Source: an uncultured bacterium
GTDB taxonomy: Bacteria > Verrucomicrobiota > Kiritimatiellia > RFP12 > UBA1067
Assembly: GCA_902800055.1 (NCBI GenBank)
Contig: CADCCW010000005.1
Location: forward strand, 27,217-91,216
Length of the DNA stretch: 64,000 nt
Reading direction: 5' to 3'
Under the pieces are notes generated by a model. It saw only the letters and a program-made list of their open reading frames with translations. It was not told the DNA's origin and searched no databases. The translations under genes were made by a program, and so were the position numbers. This document shows, one piece after another, positions 17,378-25,972 of this stretch (position 1 is its first letter; every line of letters starts with the position of its first letter).

Positions 17378-18904
17378 CTACTTCTTCTCCGGCATCTTGC
17401 CGGTGGTGAAGTACTGCTCCACCTCCTCCAGGGTGCGGCCCTTGGTCTCAGGCAGGAAGAACGCGGCGGTTATGAAGTAGATCACCGTGAAGCCGGCCAG
17501 CACGAAGAACACCGTGCCGTTGTCATTCGTCGCCGCGCACCACTTCGGGAAGACAGTCGCGATTCCGGCCGAGACGCCCTGGTTGATGATCATCGCGATC
17601 GCCATGCCGTTGGCGCGGATGCGCGTGGGCATCAGCTCCGTCAGCGCCAGCCACACGCACACGCCCGGGCCGACGGCGTAGAAGCCGATGAACATGAAGA
17701 AGAACACCGTCGCAAGGACACCCGTCACCATCGACGGCGCGACCCACGCCTTCGAAATGGCGAGAAAGATCGTGCCCACGCCGCAGAGGCCCACGATAAT
17801 GCCGCCGGTGCCGAGCTTGAGGAGGAACTTGCGTCCCTTCTTGTCCACCAGCGCGCAGGCGACGACCGTCATCACGCAGTTCATGATCTTGATCGCAACG
17901 TCCGACACGTTCGCGAACGCGCCCTGCATGCCGGTCTTCTGGAAGATCGTCACCGTGTAGTTCAGGACCGAGTTGATGCCAGTCGTCTGGTTGCAGGCGA
18001 GGATCACCACCGCGAGGATGAACGGGATGACGTACTTCTTCTGGAGGAGCGAGTCCGTCGCCGCGGCGTTCTTCGCCTTCTCTGCCGCCGCCGCCTCGTC
18101 CGCGGCGATCATCTCGGCGAGGATCTCCTTTGCCTTCTCCTCGCCGTTGTTCGCGGCGAGCGAGGCGAGCGCCTCGTCCTTGCGGCCCTTCCGATAGAGC
18201 CAGCGCGACGATTCCTTAAGCTTGAATGCGCCAAGGAAAAGCACGATTCCGGGGATGCACGAGAAGAGGAAGATCATCTGCCAGGCATGGACCCACGAAG
18301 TGATCTGCGCGGGATCGACCCAGCCCTTGATCATCGCGAAGTCGACCTTCGAAAGCTCGGTCACACCGTTCGCCGCGGCCTTCTCAGCGACGACCTTGGC
18401 GGCGTCGCCGGCGAAGGAGGCAACGCAGAACCCGATTACCGCCACGAACACGAGGCCGATCGTGAGCAGCAGCTGGAACATGCCCGTACCCTTGCCGCGC
18501 GAGTCGGCGTCGAGGCACTCGGCGAGGTACATCGGCACGATCACCCCGAAGAGGCCGGCCGCGGCGCCCTGCATCGCGCGCCCGCCCACCATCATCCAGA
18601 AGTTGCCGCCCTCGAAGAAGCCCGAGGCGCAGATGACCGGAATCGACACGAGGAACAGGAGCGCCGAGGCGACGATCATCTTCTTGCGCCCAAACCACTC
18701 GGCCAAGAGGCCGGCGACGAGCGACGATGGCAACGACCCCCAGAGCGCCATTCCGACGATCCAGCCGATTTCGTTCTGGCTGAACGTCGAGGTCCTTTCG
18801 ATGTACGGCAGCGCCGCGGCGATCACGCCGACGTCGACGCCGTAGAGCAGCCCTCCGAGCCCCGCCATGATGAGCAGGAACTTCGCATATCCCTTTACCG
18901 TCAT
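17378..18904 (-). CDS. MFS sugar porter (GalP/XylE family)
   Basis: GLGGLLYGVDVGVIAA, EWFGRKK, PMYLAE...RGKG, ESSRWL, NQTTGINSVLNY, VDKKGRK, PETKGRTLEE. Confidence 0.93.
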   Translation of the reverse strand: MTVKGYAKFLLIMAGLGGLLYGVDVGVIAAALPYIERTSTFSQNEIGWIVGMALWGSLPSSLVAGLLAEWFGRKKMIVASALLFLVSIPVICASGFFEGGNFWMMVGGRAMQGAAAGLFGVIVPMYLAECLDADSRGKGTGMFQLLLTIGLVFVAVIGFCVASFAGDAAKVVAEKAAANGVTELSKVDFAMIKGWVDPAQITSWVHAWQMIFLFSCIPGIVLFLGAFKLKESSRWLYRKGRKDEALASLAANNGEEKAKEILAEMIAADEAAAAEKAKNAAATDSLLQKKYVIPFILAVVILACNQTTGINSVLNYTVTIFQKTGMQGAFANVSDVAIKIMNCVMTVVACALVDKKGRKFLLKLGTGGIIVGLCGVGTIFLAISKAWVAPSMVTGVLATVFFFMFIGFYAVGPGVCVWLALTELMPTRIRANGMAIAMIINQGVSAGIATVFPKWCAATNDNGTVFFVLAGFTVIYFITAAFFLPETKGRTLEEVEQYFTTGKMPEKK

Positions 18905-18935
18905 TTCGATTCTCCTTTCAAGGCGATGCCCTGGG

Positions 18936-20342
18936 TTATTTCTTCCTGCGGATGACCGGAATCTGCGCGGCGGCCACGGACTGGCCGAGCCGGCGCGCCT
19001 TCTCGTCGGGCATGAAGAGGTCGATCTTCTCCGCCCACTCCGGATAGACGTCCGCGAGGATCCGCTTCGCGGTCTCGAGGATGATCTCGCCGCCCAGCCC
19101 GGAGGTGACGCGCCCGAGGATCATCATGTTCTCGTAGTCGAAGAACTCGTTGTACCACGGCATCGCGTGGGCGAGGAAGCGGCCGATCTCGAGGTAGACC
19201 TTGAGCGCCTTCGCGTCGCCCTTCTCCATCGCCGCCTGCACCACCTTGAGCCGCTCCGGGAGCTTCATCGCCTTCGGGAACTTGAAGCCGTACTTCTCGG
19301 CGAGCCAGTTGACCGCCTGCTGCGAGAACGCCATCGCGCCCACGCCGTAGTCGCCGGACCACTCGTCCTTCGGCGCGCACGGGTTGAAGTCCACCGGCGC
19401 GAACGCGAGCTCGCAGATGCGGCCGGTCATCCGGCGCTTCGGGTCGACGTAGCCGACCGCCTCCGAGGACCCCATCGCCACGCCGAGGATGCCGTTCTTG
19501 CCCATCGAGATCATGCCCGCGAGCGCCGTCACGTCGCCGTCGTTGTAGACGGCGAATGGAACGCCCCAGTCCTTCTCGATGCGGTAGAACATGTTCTGCG
19601 CCTCGGGGAACTTCGCGGGGTTCTTCTCCTTCACCGCGCGGAAGAGCGAGGCGAGCCCCATCTTCTGGCCCACCAGCACGCCGGCGGTGGACCCGCCGAT
19701 CGCGTCGACGCGCGGCAGCGCCGCCGCGGCCTCCTTGAGCCCCGCGGTCAGCTTGGAGTAGTGGTACTCCGGGTCGGCGTTGTTCCTGGGGTCCCAGGGG
19801 AACTCCTTGGAGAAGACGACCTTGCCGTTCCTGAGCGCGGAGATCTTGAAGTCGCTCGCGCCGAGGTCGAAGCCGATGCGGCAGCCGTCCGCCACCGTCT
19901 TCACCTGGTTGAGCTTCTCGGAGAACTCCGGCATCTTGCCCTGCGGCACCACCACGGCCTCGACCGGGCGCCCGTAGATGGACGAGAAGAAGTCGAAGTC
20001 GAACGCGCGCGCGCCCTTCTTGGTGTATGCCTTCGCGATGGGCTTCACCACCGCGTCGGGCCCGGAAAGGTAGAGCTTCCAGCCGCCGGCCGCCCAGAGC
20101 GTGAACTTGGCGATGCGCTCGACGACGTGCGAGACGAACTTCGCGGCCGCGGGGTCGAGCCGCTTCGGCACCGGCAGGTCGTAGCGGAAGACCTTGCCCT
20201 CCTCTCGCTCCCACGCCACGGAGACGATGTCCGCAGACGCCTTGGAGGCGATTCCGTCGTATATCTGCCACAACGCCGCCATCGGCGCGCAGAACCCGCT
20301 GTCGCACGCGCGGCAGCCCTTCTTATCGCAAGCACAAGCCAT
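18936..20342 (-). CDS. ROK-family sugar kinase-like protein with N-terminal extension
   Basis: RIGFDLGASDFK, IGGSTAG, VYNDGDVTALAG, GVAMGSSEAVGY; SD GGGGG before the ATG. Confidence 0.75.
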   Translation of the reverse strand: MACACDKKGCRACDSGFCAPMAALWQIYDGIASKASADIVSVAWEREEGKVFRYDLPVPKRLDPAAAKFVSHVVERIAKFTLWAAGGWKLYLSGPDAVVKPIAKAYTKKGARAFDFDFFSSIYGRPVEAVVVPQGKMPEFSEKLNQVKTVADGCRIGFDLGASDFKISALRNGKVVFSKEFPWDPRNNADPEYHYSKLTAGLKEAAAALPRVDAIGGSTAGVLVGQKMGLASLFRAVKEKNPAKFPEAQNMFYRIEKDWGVPFAVYNDGDVTALAGMISMGKNGILGVAMGSSEAVGYVDPKRRMTGRICELAFAPVDFNPCAPKDEWSGDYGVGAMAFSQQAVNWLAEKYGFKFPKAMKLPERLKVVQAAMEKGDAKALKVYLEIGRFLAHAMPWYNEFFDYENMMILGRVTSGLGGEIILETAKRILADVYPEWAEKIDLFMPDEKARRLGQSVAAAQIPVIRRKK

Positions 20343-20384
20343 GCTTACCCCCTATACCTTTGTAGTGGAAAAGACATAGTGCGA

Positions 20385-20393
20385 ATTATACCC
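20385..20393 (-). promoter_or_regulatory. -10 element variant GGGTATAAT (ROK operon)
   Basis: ATTATACCC on the plus strand, 42 nt upstream of the ROK start. Confidence 0.55.
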
Positions 20394-20489
20394 TTATTTC
20401 TTGATTTTGGCAACCACCCGCGGCGGAGTTTTTGCAATAAGGCGCTCGCTGCCAGAGCGCTGCTCCGGCATGACGACAGAAAAGCGCGA

Positions 20490-20512
20490 GAACGCCGGAG
20501 GTTCCGGCGTTC
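20490..20512 (-). terminator. Hairpin downstream of acpP, probable intrinsic terminator
   Basis: GAACGCCGGA-ggt-TCCGGCGTTC perfect 10-bp stem; a short T run (CTTTTC) follows a few nt later on the minus strand. Confidence 0.6.
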
Positions 20513-20552
20513 CCATGCCTTTGCCCGGGCTCGTCCCGGACTTGAAACCGGC

Positions 20553-20816
20553 TTACTGGGCCGACGCGGCGTCGTCCCCGTAGCCTTTCGACTTCAGGTA
20601 ATCGACGACCTTGCCGACGGTGGTGAGCTTCTCCGCGTCCTCCTCGGGGATGGCCGCGCCGAACTCCTCCTCGAACGCCATGATGAGCTCGACGCTGTCC
20701 AGCGAGTCCGCACCCAGGTCGTCGATGAACGACGCCTCGGTCGTGACCTGCTCGGCATTGACGCCCAGCTGCTCAACGATAATGTCTTTTACGCGATCTT
20801 CAAGCTTTCCTGCCAT
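20553..20816 (-). CDS. acpP: Acyl carrier protein
   Basis: [10 protein letters not shown]...[23 protein letters not shown] (phosphopantetheine Ser); SD AAGGAG. Confidence 0.98.
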   Translation of the reverse strand: MAGKLEDRVKDIIVEQLGVNAEQVTTEASFIDDLGADSLDSVELIMAFEEEFGAAIPEEDAEKLTTVGKVVDYLKSKGYGDDAASAQ

Positions 20817-20851
20817 GGTTTTCCAACTCCTTAGTGTGGTTGATGGGTCGT

Positions 20852-20860
20852 ATTATACTA
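20852..20860 (-). promoter_or_regulatory. -10 element variant TAGTATAAT (acpP)
   Basis: ATTATACTA on the plus strand, 35 nt upstream of the acpP ATG. Confidence 0.55.
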
Positions 20861-20889
20861 TATTTTAGGTCACTTGCGCAAGGGGGTAT

Positions 20890-21471
20890 TTACAGCCACG
20901 CCGGAAGCGCGGCATGGAGGCGGGAAAGCGCAAACTCGAGGTTCTGCTTGTACTGGCCGGTCATCGCCCCCTTGCCGTGGACGTCGCTCACCGCCTTGAG
21001 CATCCTGCATTTCATCCCGTTGCGCTCGCAGACGTGGGCAATCGCCGCGCCCTCCATGTCCTTGATCGTCGCGCCGAGCGCGAGCGGATTCTCGACGTCC
21101 CTCTCGTCGTTGGTGAAGCGGTCGCCGGAGGCGAGGATGCGCGCGGGATACGCCCCCTTCGTCTCGCAGTCGAAGTACGGCGTGTCGCGCTCGTTGTGCG
21201 TGCCGAGCTTCGTGCCGTTGATGAGCGTGAGGTCGAAGTCGTATTCGACCGCCTGCGAGACCTCGAATACGTCCCCGACCGACATCGCCGGGTCGAGCCC
21301 GCCCACGACGCCGCAGTTCAGGATCTCGTCCGCGCCGTCGTCGATCGCCTTCTGCGCCGCCGCCGCCGAGTTGACCTTGCCGATGCCGGCGACGACCACC
21401 ACGTCACCTTCGCCAAGATACGGCCTCACCGTCTCGGCCTCGCATTCCATCGCGATGATAAACGCCCTCAT
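20890..21471 (-). CDS. mtnN: 5'-methylthioadenosine/S-adenosylhomocysteine nucleosidase (short form)
   Basis: IIAMECE, GIGKVNSA, ILNCGVVGG, ASGDRF, DMEGAAIAHVC, KAVSD. Confidence 0.85.
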   Translation of the reverse strand: MRAFIIAMECEAETVRPYLGEGDVVVVAGIGKVNSAAAAQKAIDDGADEILNCGVVGGLDPAMSVGDVFEVSQAVEYDFDLTLINGTKLGTHNERDTPYFDCETKGAYPARILASGDRFTNDERDVENPLALGATIKDMEGAAIAHVCERNGMKCRMLKAVSDVHGKGAMTGQYKQNLEFALSRLHAALPAWL

Positions 21472-21492
21472 GCATTCCTCCTTTTACTCCTT

Positions 21493-22155
21493 TTATGTTT
21501 CAGATTTGCCCTCAACCGCGCCCAGCAGGTCGCCAAAGCGCGCAAGCCTTGCCGTGCACGGCGCGTCGTCGAGGCGGCCGAAGCCGAACTCGCAGAAGGC
21601 GCCGTTGACGCCCGCGGCCTCGGCGCAGCGCATGTCAGTCCAGCTGTCGCCGACCATCCAGTCGCGCGCGGAAAGACTCCAGCCGCCGAGCCGGGCGGCG
21701 CACTCGCGGATCGACGCGGGATCGGGCTTGAGCGGCACGCCGTCACCTCCCGCCACCACCGCCGCGCCGAAGAGCCGCTCGAGCCCGAACTTCGCGAGGA
21801 TGAGCTTCACCGCGAAGTTCGGCTTGTTGGTGTTCACGCCGAGCCGCCAGCCGGCGGTGGCGAGCGCGTCCAGGGTCTCAATGACGCCGTGGTATGGCAC
21901 GAGCTTCTCGCAGCAGTGCTCGGCGTAGTGGCCGATGAAGATGCGCCAGAGGTCGTCGTAGGGACGGTCGGCCTCTGCGATTGCGTGCTCGAGCAGATAG
22001 CGCGCGCCGCGGCCGACGTGCACAATCACCTCGTCGGCGGGCAGATCGGCGAGCCCCAGGTCGCGGCGGGTGTGGTTCACCGTGGCGGCGAGGTCGGCGC
22101 GGGTGTCGAAAAGCGTGCCGTCGAGGTCAAAGAAGATCGCGCCCCTCGCCATCAT
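21493..22155 (-). CDS. gph: HAD-family hydrolase, phosphoglycolate phosphatase-like
   Basis: FFDLDGTLFDT (motif I), VNTNK, LKPDP, MVGDSWTD. Confidence 0.8.
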   Translation of the reverse strand: MMARGAIFFDLDGTLFDTRADLAATVNHTRRDLGLADLPADEVIVHVGRGARYLLEHAIAEADRPYDDLWRIFIGHYAEHCCEKLVPYHGVIETLDALATAGWRLGVNTNKPNFAVKLILAKFGLERLFGAAVVAGGDGVPLKPDPASIRECAARLGGWSLSARDWMVGDSWTDMRCAEAAGVNGAFCEFGFGRLDDAPCTARLARFGDLLGAVEGKSET

Positions 22156-22853
22156 GTCCCGGACTCCTTCCCGCCCGCGGCAATTGCGCGGATGCACTCC
22201 GCCGCAAGGCACATCCCGAAGGTGGCGGTCACGGTCATCAGGCTGCCGCGCGCGCCGGCGGCGGACTCCGCCGCGGGCGCCTCGCGCGACCACACGCAGC
22301 CGAAGCGCGCGGAGGGGAAACGCCCCAGCTCGCGGAAGCGGCGACGCAGCGCGCGGGCGAGTCCGTCGCCCTCCACCTTTTCGAACCGCGTCACCCTTAC
22401 CGCCGTCGGATCCATGCGCAGCGCAGCGCCCATCGAGGAGACGAGCGGCACGCCCGCCGCGGTCGCGGCGAGGATCAGCTCCGCCTTGGCGCCGACGCTG
22501 TCGATCGCGTCCGCCGCGGCAGCGTAGCGCGAGAAGTCGCCACCGGCGGCGTAGCGCTCGCACCTTGCCTCCACTTCGCAGGCGGGATTGACGGCGAGGA
22601 TGCGCTCGCGCATCGCCTCCACCTTCGGCCGCCCGATTGCCGCGGCGGTAGCAGGACACTGGCGGTTGAGATTCGAGGGCTGCACCACGTCGTCGTCGAC
22701 GAGCGTGAGCGCGCCGACGCCGGTCCGCGCCAGCGCCTCGGCGCACCAGCTGCCGACGCCGCCGACGCCGACCACGAGCACGCGCGCGGCGGCGAGGCGC
22801 GCCATCGCCTCCTCGCCGAGCAGTGCCCCGGAGCGCTCGAAGAATGGATTCAC
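22152..22853 (-). CDS. tcdA: tRNA threonylcarbamoyladenosine dehydratase (ThiF family)
   Basis: VLVVGVGGVGSWCAEALARTG, VDDDVVQPSNLNRQ, DAIDSV, SSMGAA, GSLMTVTATFG. Confidence 0.85.
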   Translation of the reverse strand: MNPFFERSGALLGEEAMARLAAARVLVVGVGGVGSWCAEALARTGVGALTLVDDDVVQPSNLNRQCPATAAAIGRPKVEAMRERILAVNPACEVEARCERYAAGGDFSRYAAAADAIDSVGAKAELILAATAAGVPLVSSMGAALRMDPTAVRVTRFEKVEGDGLARALRRRFRELGRFPSARFGCVWSREAPAAESAAGARGSLMTVTATFGMCLAAECIRAIAAGGKESGT

Positions 22854-23491
22854 GGCTTGCGGTAGAGGCGGCAGTGGCAGAGGCCGTGGAACCCGGGGTC
22901 GGCGAGCTGATCGCGGAACTCGCGGCAGGGGCAGAAAAACTCGGGGTTCTTCGGCAAGCGGCAGGGGCAGAAGCCGTTCTTCCGCTTCACCCCCTCCTCG
23001 ACCGCGGCGGCGAGGCGAGCGTCGTCGTTGAGCGCGACGTGGTTCTCGTCAAAGAGACGGCGGATCTCGGTGGAAGATTCCTCGGTGCGGGGATAGGAGA
23101 CGAACTCGACGAGCTTCACGAGCTCGGAGTAGTCCTTCCAGCGCTCGAGCCCGGCGAGCGAGTCCTCGCCGACGACGAAGTAGAGCTTGGGCGACTCCGC
23201 GGCGAAGCGCGCGGCGATCTCGCGCACGGTGTCGATGGCGTATGACACTCCGCCGCGCTCGATCTCGACGAGGCTCACTTCGGCCTTCTCGACGCCAGCA
23301 AATGCGGCCTGGACGCGGCCGACGCGGTCCCAGAGCGGTGACTCGGAGAACGAGCCGGTCTTGAACGGACTCACGTTCGCCGGCACCACGATGAGCCGGT
23401 CGAGCCCGAGGTCGGCGATCGCGCGCCGCGCGAGGTTAACGTGCCCGAAGTGGACCGGGTTGAAGGTTCCGCCGTAGATGCCGAGCTTCAT
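22850..23491 (-). CDS. nadD: Nicotinate-nucleotide adenylyltransferase fused to a C-terminal ferredoxin:thioredoxin-reductase catalytic-type domain
   Basis: GIYGGTFNPVHFGH, PANVSPFK, EIERGGVSYAIDTV, FVVGEDS, SSTEIR; then in frame GFCPCR...FFCPCREF...GLCHCRLY. Confidence 0.88.
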   Translation of the reverse strand: MKLGIYGGTFNPVHFGHVNLARRAIADLGLDRLIVVPANVSPFKTGSFSESPLWDRVGRVQAAFAGVEKAEVSLVEIERGGVSYAIDTVREIAARFAAESPKLYFVVGEDSLAGLERWKDYSELVKLVEFVSYPRTEESSTEIRRLFDENHVALNDDARLAAAVEEGVKRKNGFCPCRLPKNPEFFCPCREFRDQLADPGFHGLCHCRLYRKP

Positions 23492-23511
23492 CGAGCCCTC
23501 CGCCCCGGCGT

Positions 23512-24294
23512 TCACGCGAGTTCGCGCGACCTCTTCGCGGCGGCGGCGAGCGTCGCGGCGACGATCTGCTTGAACTTGGGGACGTCCAGCTTCTCCATGC
23601 CCGCCGCAGTCGTGCCGCCCTTGGTGCAGACCCCTTCGATGAACGGCCTTAAGTCCATACCGCTCTCCCTGAGGAACTTGGCGGTTCCGTACATCGTCTG
23701 CTCCGCCAGGAGCCGCGCCACCTTGGGCTTGAGCCCGAGCTTCACGCCGCCTTCGACCATCGCCTCCTCCATATAGGCGAAGTAGGCGGGACCGGAGCCG
23801 GAGAGCGCCGTCACCGCGTCGAAGTCCTTTTCCTTGAGGACAACCGTCGCGCCGGCGCCGCCGAGGATCTTCTCGACCAGCTTCACGTCCTTGGCCGGGG
23901 TCTTCGCGGCCTGGCAGATCGCGCACATGCCGGCGTTCGCGCGCAAGGCGAGGTTGGGCATGACCCTGACGAGGTTCGCCTTGGCGCCGAACGCCTTCCT
24001 GAGCTTCGCGAGCGTCTTGCCGGCAACGATCGAAACCAGCGTGTGCTTCTCGGTGAGAATCGGCTTCACCGCCGCCGCGACCGCGTCGACGTCCTGCGGA
24101 CGGACGGCGAGGAAGAAGAACTTCGCCTTCTTCGCGACCTCCCGCACGTCACCGGTCGTCGCCACGCCGTATTTGCGCGACATTTCCGCCGCGCGCTCGG
24201 CGACCTTCTCGGCCATGACGACGTTTTTCCTGTCTTCGATCGCGGAAAGGATGCCCTCCGCCATCTTGCCCGCGCCGAGAAATCCAATCGTCAT
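23512..24294 (-). CDS. proC: Pyrroline-5-carboxylate reductase
   Basis: IGFLGAGKMAE, LAVRPQ, VRVMPN, TALSGSGPAY, VCTKGGTTAAG. Confidence 0.95.
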   Translation of the reverse strand: MTIGFLGAGKMAEGILSAIEDRKNVVMAEKVAERAAEMSRKYGVATTGDVREVAKKAKFFFLAVRPQDVDAVAAAVKPILTEKHTLVSIVAGKTLAKLRKAFGAKANLVRVMPNLALRANAGMCAICQAAKTPAKDVKLVEKILGGAGATVVLKEKDFDAVTALSGSGPAYFAYMEEAMVEGGVKLGLKPKVARLLAEQTMYGTAKFLRESGMDLRPFIEGVCTKGGTTAAGMEKLDVPKFKQIVAATLAAAAKRSRELA

Positions 24295-24305
24295 CTCCGC
24301 CCTCC

Positions 24306-25949
24306 TCAGAACTCGAGCGCCTCGTACATCATGGCGAGGAACTCGCCGTAGGACATGCGACGCTGCTCCATCGAGTCGCGCTCGCGCACGGTGAAGGTGC
24401 CGTCCTTCGTCGACTGCTCGTCGACGGTGATGCACCAGGGCGTGCCCGCCTCGTCCTGCCGGCGGTAGCGGCGTCCGATGGCGCCGGAGACGTCCCACTG
24501 GCAGTTGACCTTCTTCTGGAGCTTCGTGAAGATGTCGCGCGCGAGCTTGTACTGCGCCTCGTCCTTCTTGATGAGCGGGAAGATGGCGACCTTGACCGGA
24601 GCGACCTTCGGGTTGAAGTGGAGCACCGTGCGGATGTCCTCCTTGCCCTTCTCGTCGGTGAGCTTCTGCTCCTCGTACGCCTCGCAGAGGAGGGCGAGCA
24701 TCAGGCGGTCGACGCCGGCGGACGGCTCGATCACGTGCGGCACGTACTTGCCGTCGAAGAGGTTCTCGCAGAATACCTTCGCCTTCGCGGCGATGTCCGC
24801 CTTCTCCTCGTCGGAGAAGACGACCTCCTTGCCGGCCTTGGCGGAGGCGGCCTTCTGCTTCCGGTCGAGCCACTCGGCCTGGGTCTTGGCGATGAACGCG
24901 GCCTTGTCGTCGTCCGTAAGCTTCTTGCACGCCTGCTTGAGCGGGTCGTCGAAGACGGTCTGCGGCACCTTGGAGTGGAGCTGGTGCTGGGAAAGGTCGA
25001 AGTCGCTCCTGGCGGCGATGCCCTCGAGCTCCTGGCGGCCGAACGGGAAGTCGTACTCGATGTCCACGCAGGCGCGAGCGTAGTGCGCGAGCTCGTCCGG
25101 CTTCTGCCAGTACTCGACGAACTTCTCGGTCGGCAGCCCGACGGCGTTGAGGAACTTCTTGCGCTGCTCGACCCAGTACTTGTGCCAGACCTCCCAGCCC
25201 CAGTCGTCCTGGACCGGGCCGTTCAGGTCGGGGTTGTCGGCGAGCGTCACCACGTGGCCGTACTGGAGCTCCACCGCCTCGTCGGGCCGGATGAAGAACT
25301 CGAGCTCCATCTGCTCGAACTCGCGCGAGCGGAAGGTGTAGTTGCGCGGCGTCACCTCGTTGCGGAAGCTCTTGCCCATCTGGGCGATGCCGTAGGGGAC
25401 GGCCATGCGCGAGGTGGCGGTGACGTTCAGAAACTGCGCGAAGATCGCCTGCGCCGTCTCTGGGCGGAGGTAGGCAACGTTCGACGGGTCGTCGATCGGG
25501 CCGACGACCGTCTTGAACATGAGGTTGAACGGCTTTGGCTCGGTGAGCTCGCCGCCGCAGTAGGGGCAGAAGAAGTCGGCGCCGGCGACCTTGGGCTGTG
25601 GCTTCTTCTTCTGGTCGGCGTAGATGTCCTTCACCTGGTCGGCGCGCATGAGCTTCTTGCAGTCCTTGCACATCGTCATCGGGTCGGCGAAGGTGTCGAG
25701 GTGGCCGGACGCCTTCCAGATCTTCGGGTGCATGATGATGGTCGCGTCAAGGCCGGCGACGTCCTCGCGGCCGCGGACGGTGAACTGCCACCACGCCTGC
25801 TTGACGTTGGCCTTGAGCTCGCAGCCGAGCGGACCGTAGTCCCAGAATCCGGGCATACCGCCGTAGATCTCGGAGGAGTGGTAGATGAAGCCGCGGCGCT
25901 TGCACAGCGCCGACAGCGCGTCGAGACTGGATTTGCTTTCTTCTGCCAT
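24306..25949 (-). CDS. glyQS: Glycyl-tRNA synthetase, homodimeric (alpha2) type
   Basis: RRGFIYHSSEIYGG..GFWDYGPLG, YLRPETAQAIF, GKSFRNE..PRNYTFRSREFEQMELE, ELEGIAARSDFDL, PHVIEPSAGVDR, IGRRYRRQDEAGTP. Confidence 0.96.
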   Translation of the reverse strand: MAEESKSSLDALSALCKRRGFIYHSSEIYGGMPGFWDYGPLGCELKANVKQAWWQFTVRGREDVAGLDATIIMHPKIWKASGHLDTFADPMTMCKDCKKLMRADQVKDIYADQKKKPQPKVAGADFFCPYCGGELTEPKPFNLMFKTVVGPIDDPSNVAYLRPETAQAIFAQFLNVTATSRMAVPYGIAQMGKSFRNEVTPRNYTFRSREFEQMELEFFIRPDEAVELQYGHVVTLADNPDLNGPVQDDWGWEVWHKYWVEQRKKFLNAVGLPTEKFVEYWQKPDELAHYARACVDIEYDFPFGRQELEGIAARSDFDLSQHQLHSKVPQTVFDDPLKQACKKLTDDDKAAFIAKTQAEWLDRKQKAASAKAGKEVVFSDEEKADIAAKAKVFCENLFDGKYVPHVIEPSAGVDRLMLALLCEAYEEQKLTDEKGKEDIRTVLHFNPKVAPVKVAIFPLIKKDEAQYKLARDIFTKLQKKVNCQWDVSGAIGRRYRRQDEAGTPWCITVDEQSTKDGTFTVRERDSMEQRRMSYGEFLAMMYEALEF

Positions 25950-25959
25950 AATGAGGCGT

Positions 25960-25968
25960 ATTATACCA
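25960..25968 (-). promoter_or_regulatory. Extended -10 promoter TGGTATAAT (glyQS operon)
   Basis: ATTATACCA; 10 nt to the ATG, no SD in between. Confidence 0.75.
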
Positions 25969-25972
25969 AAAT

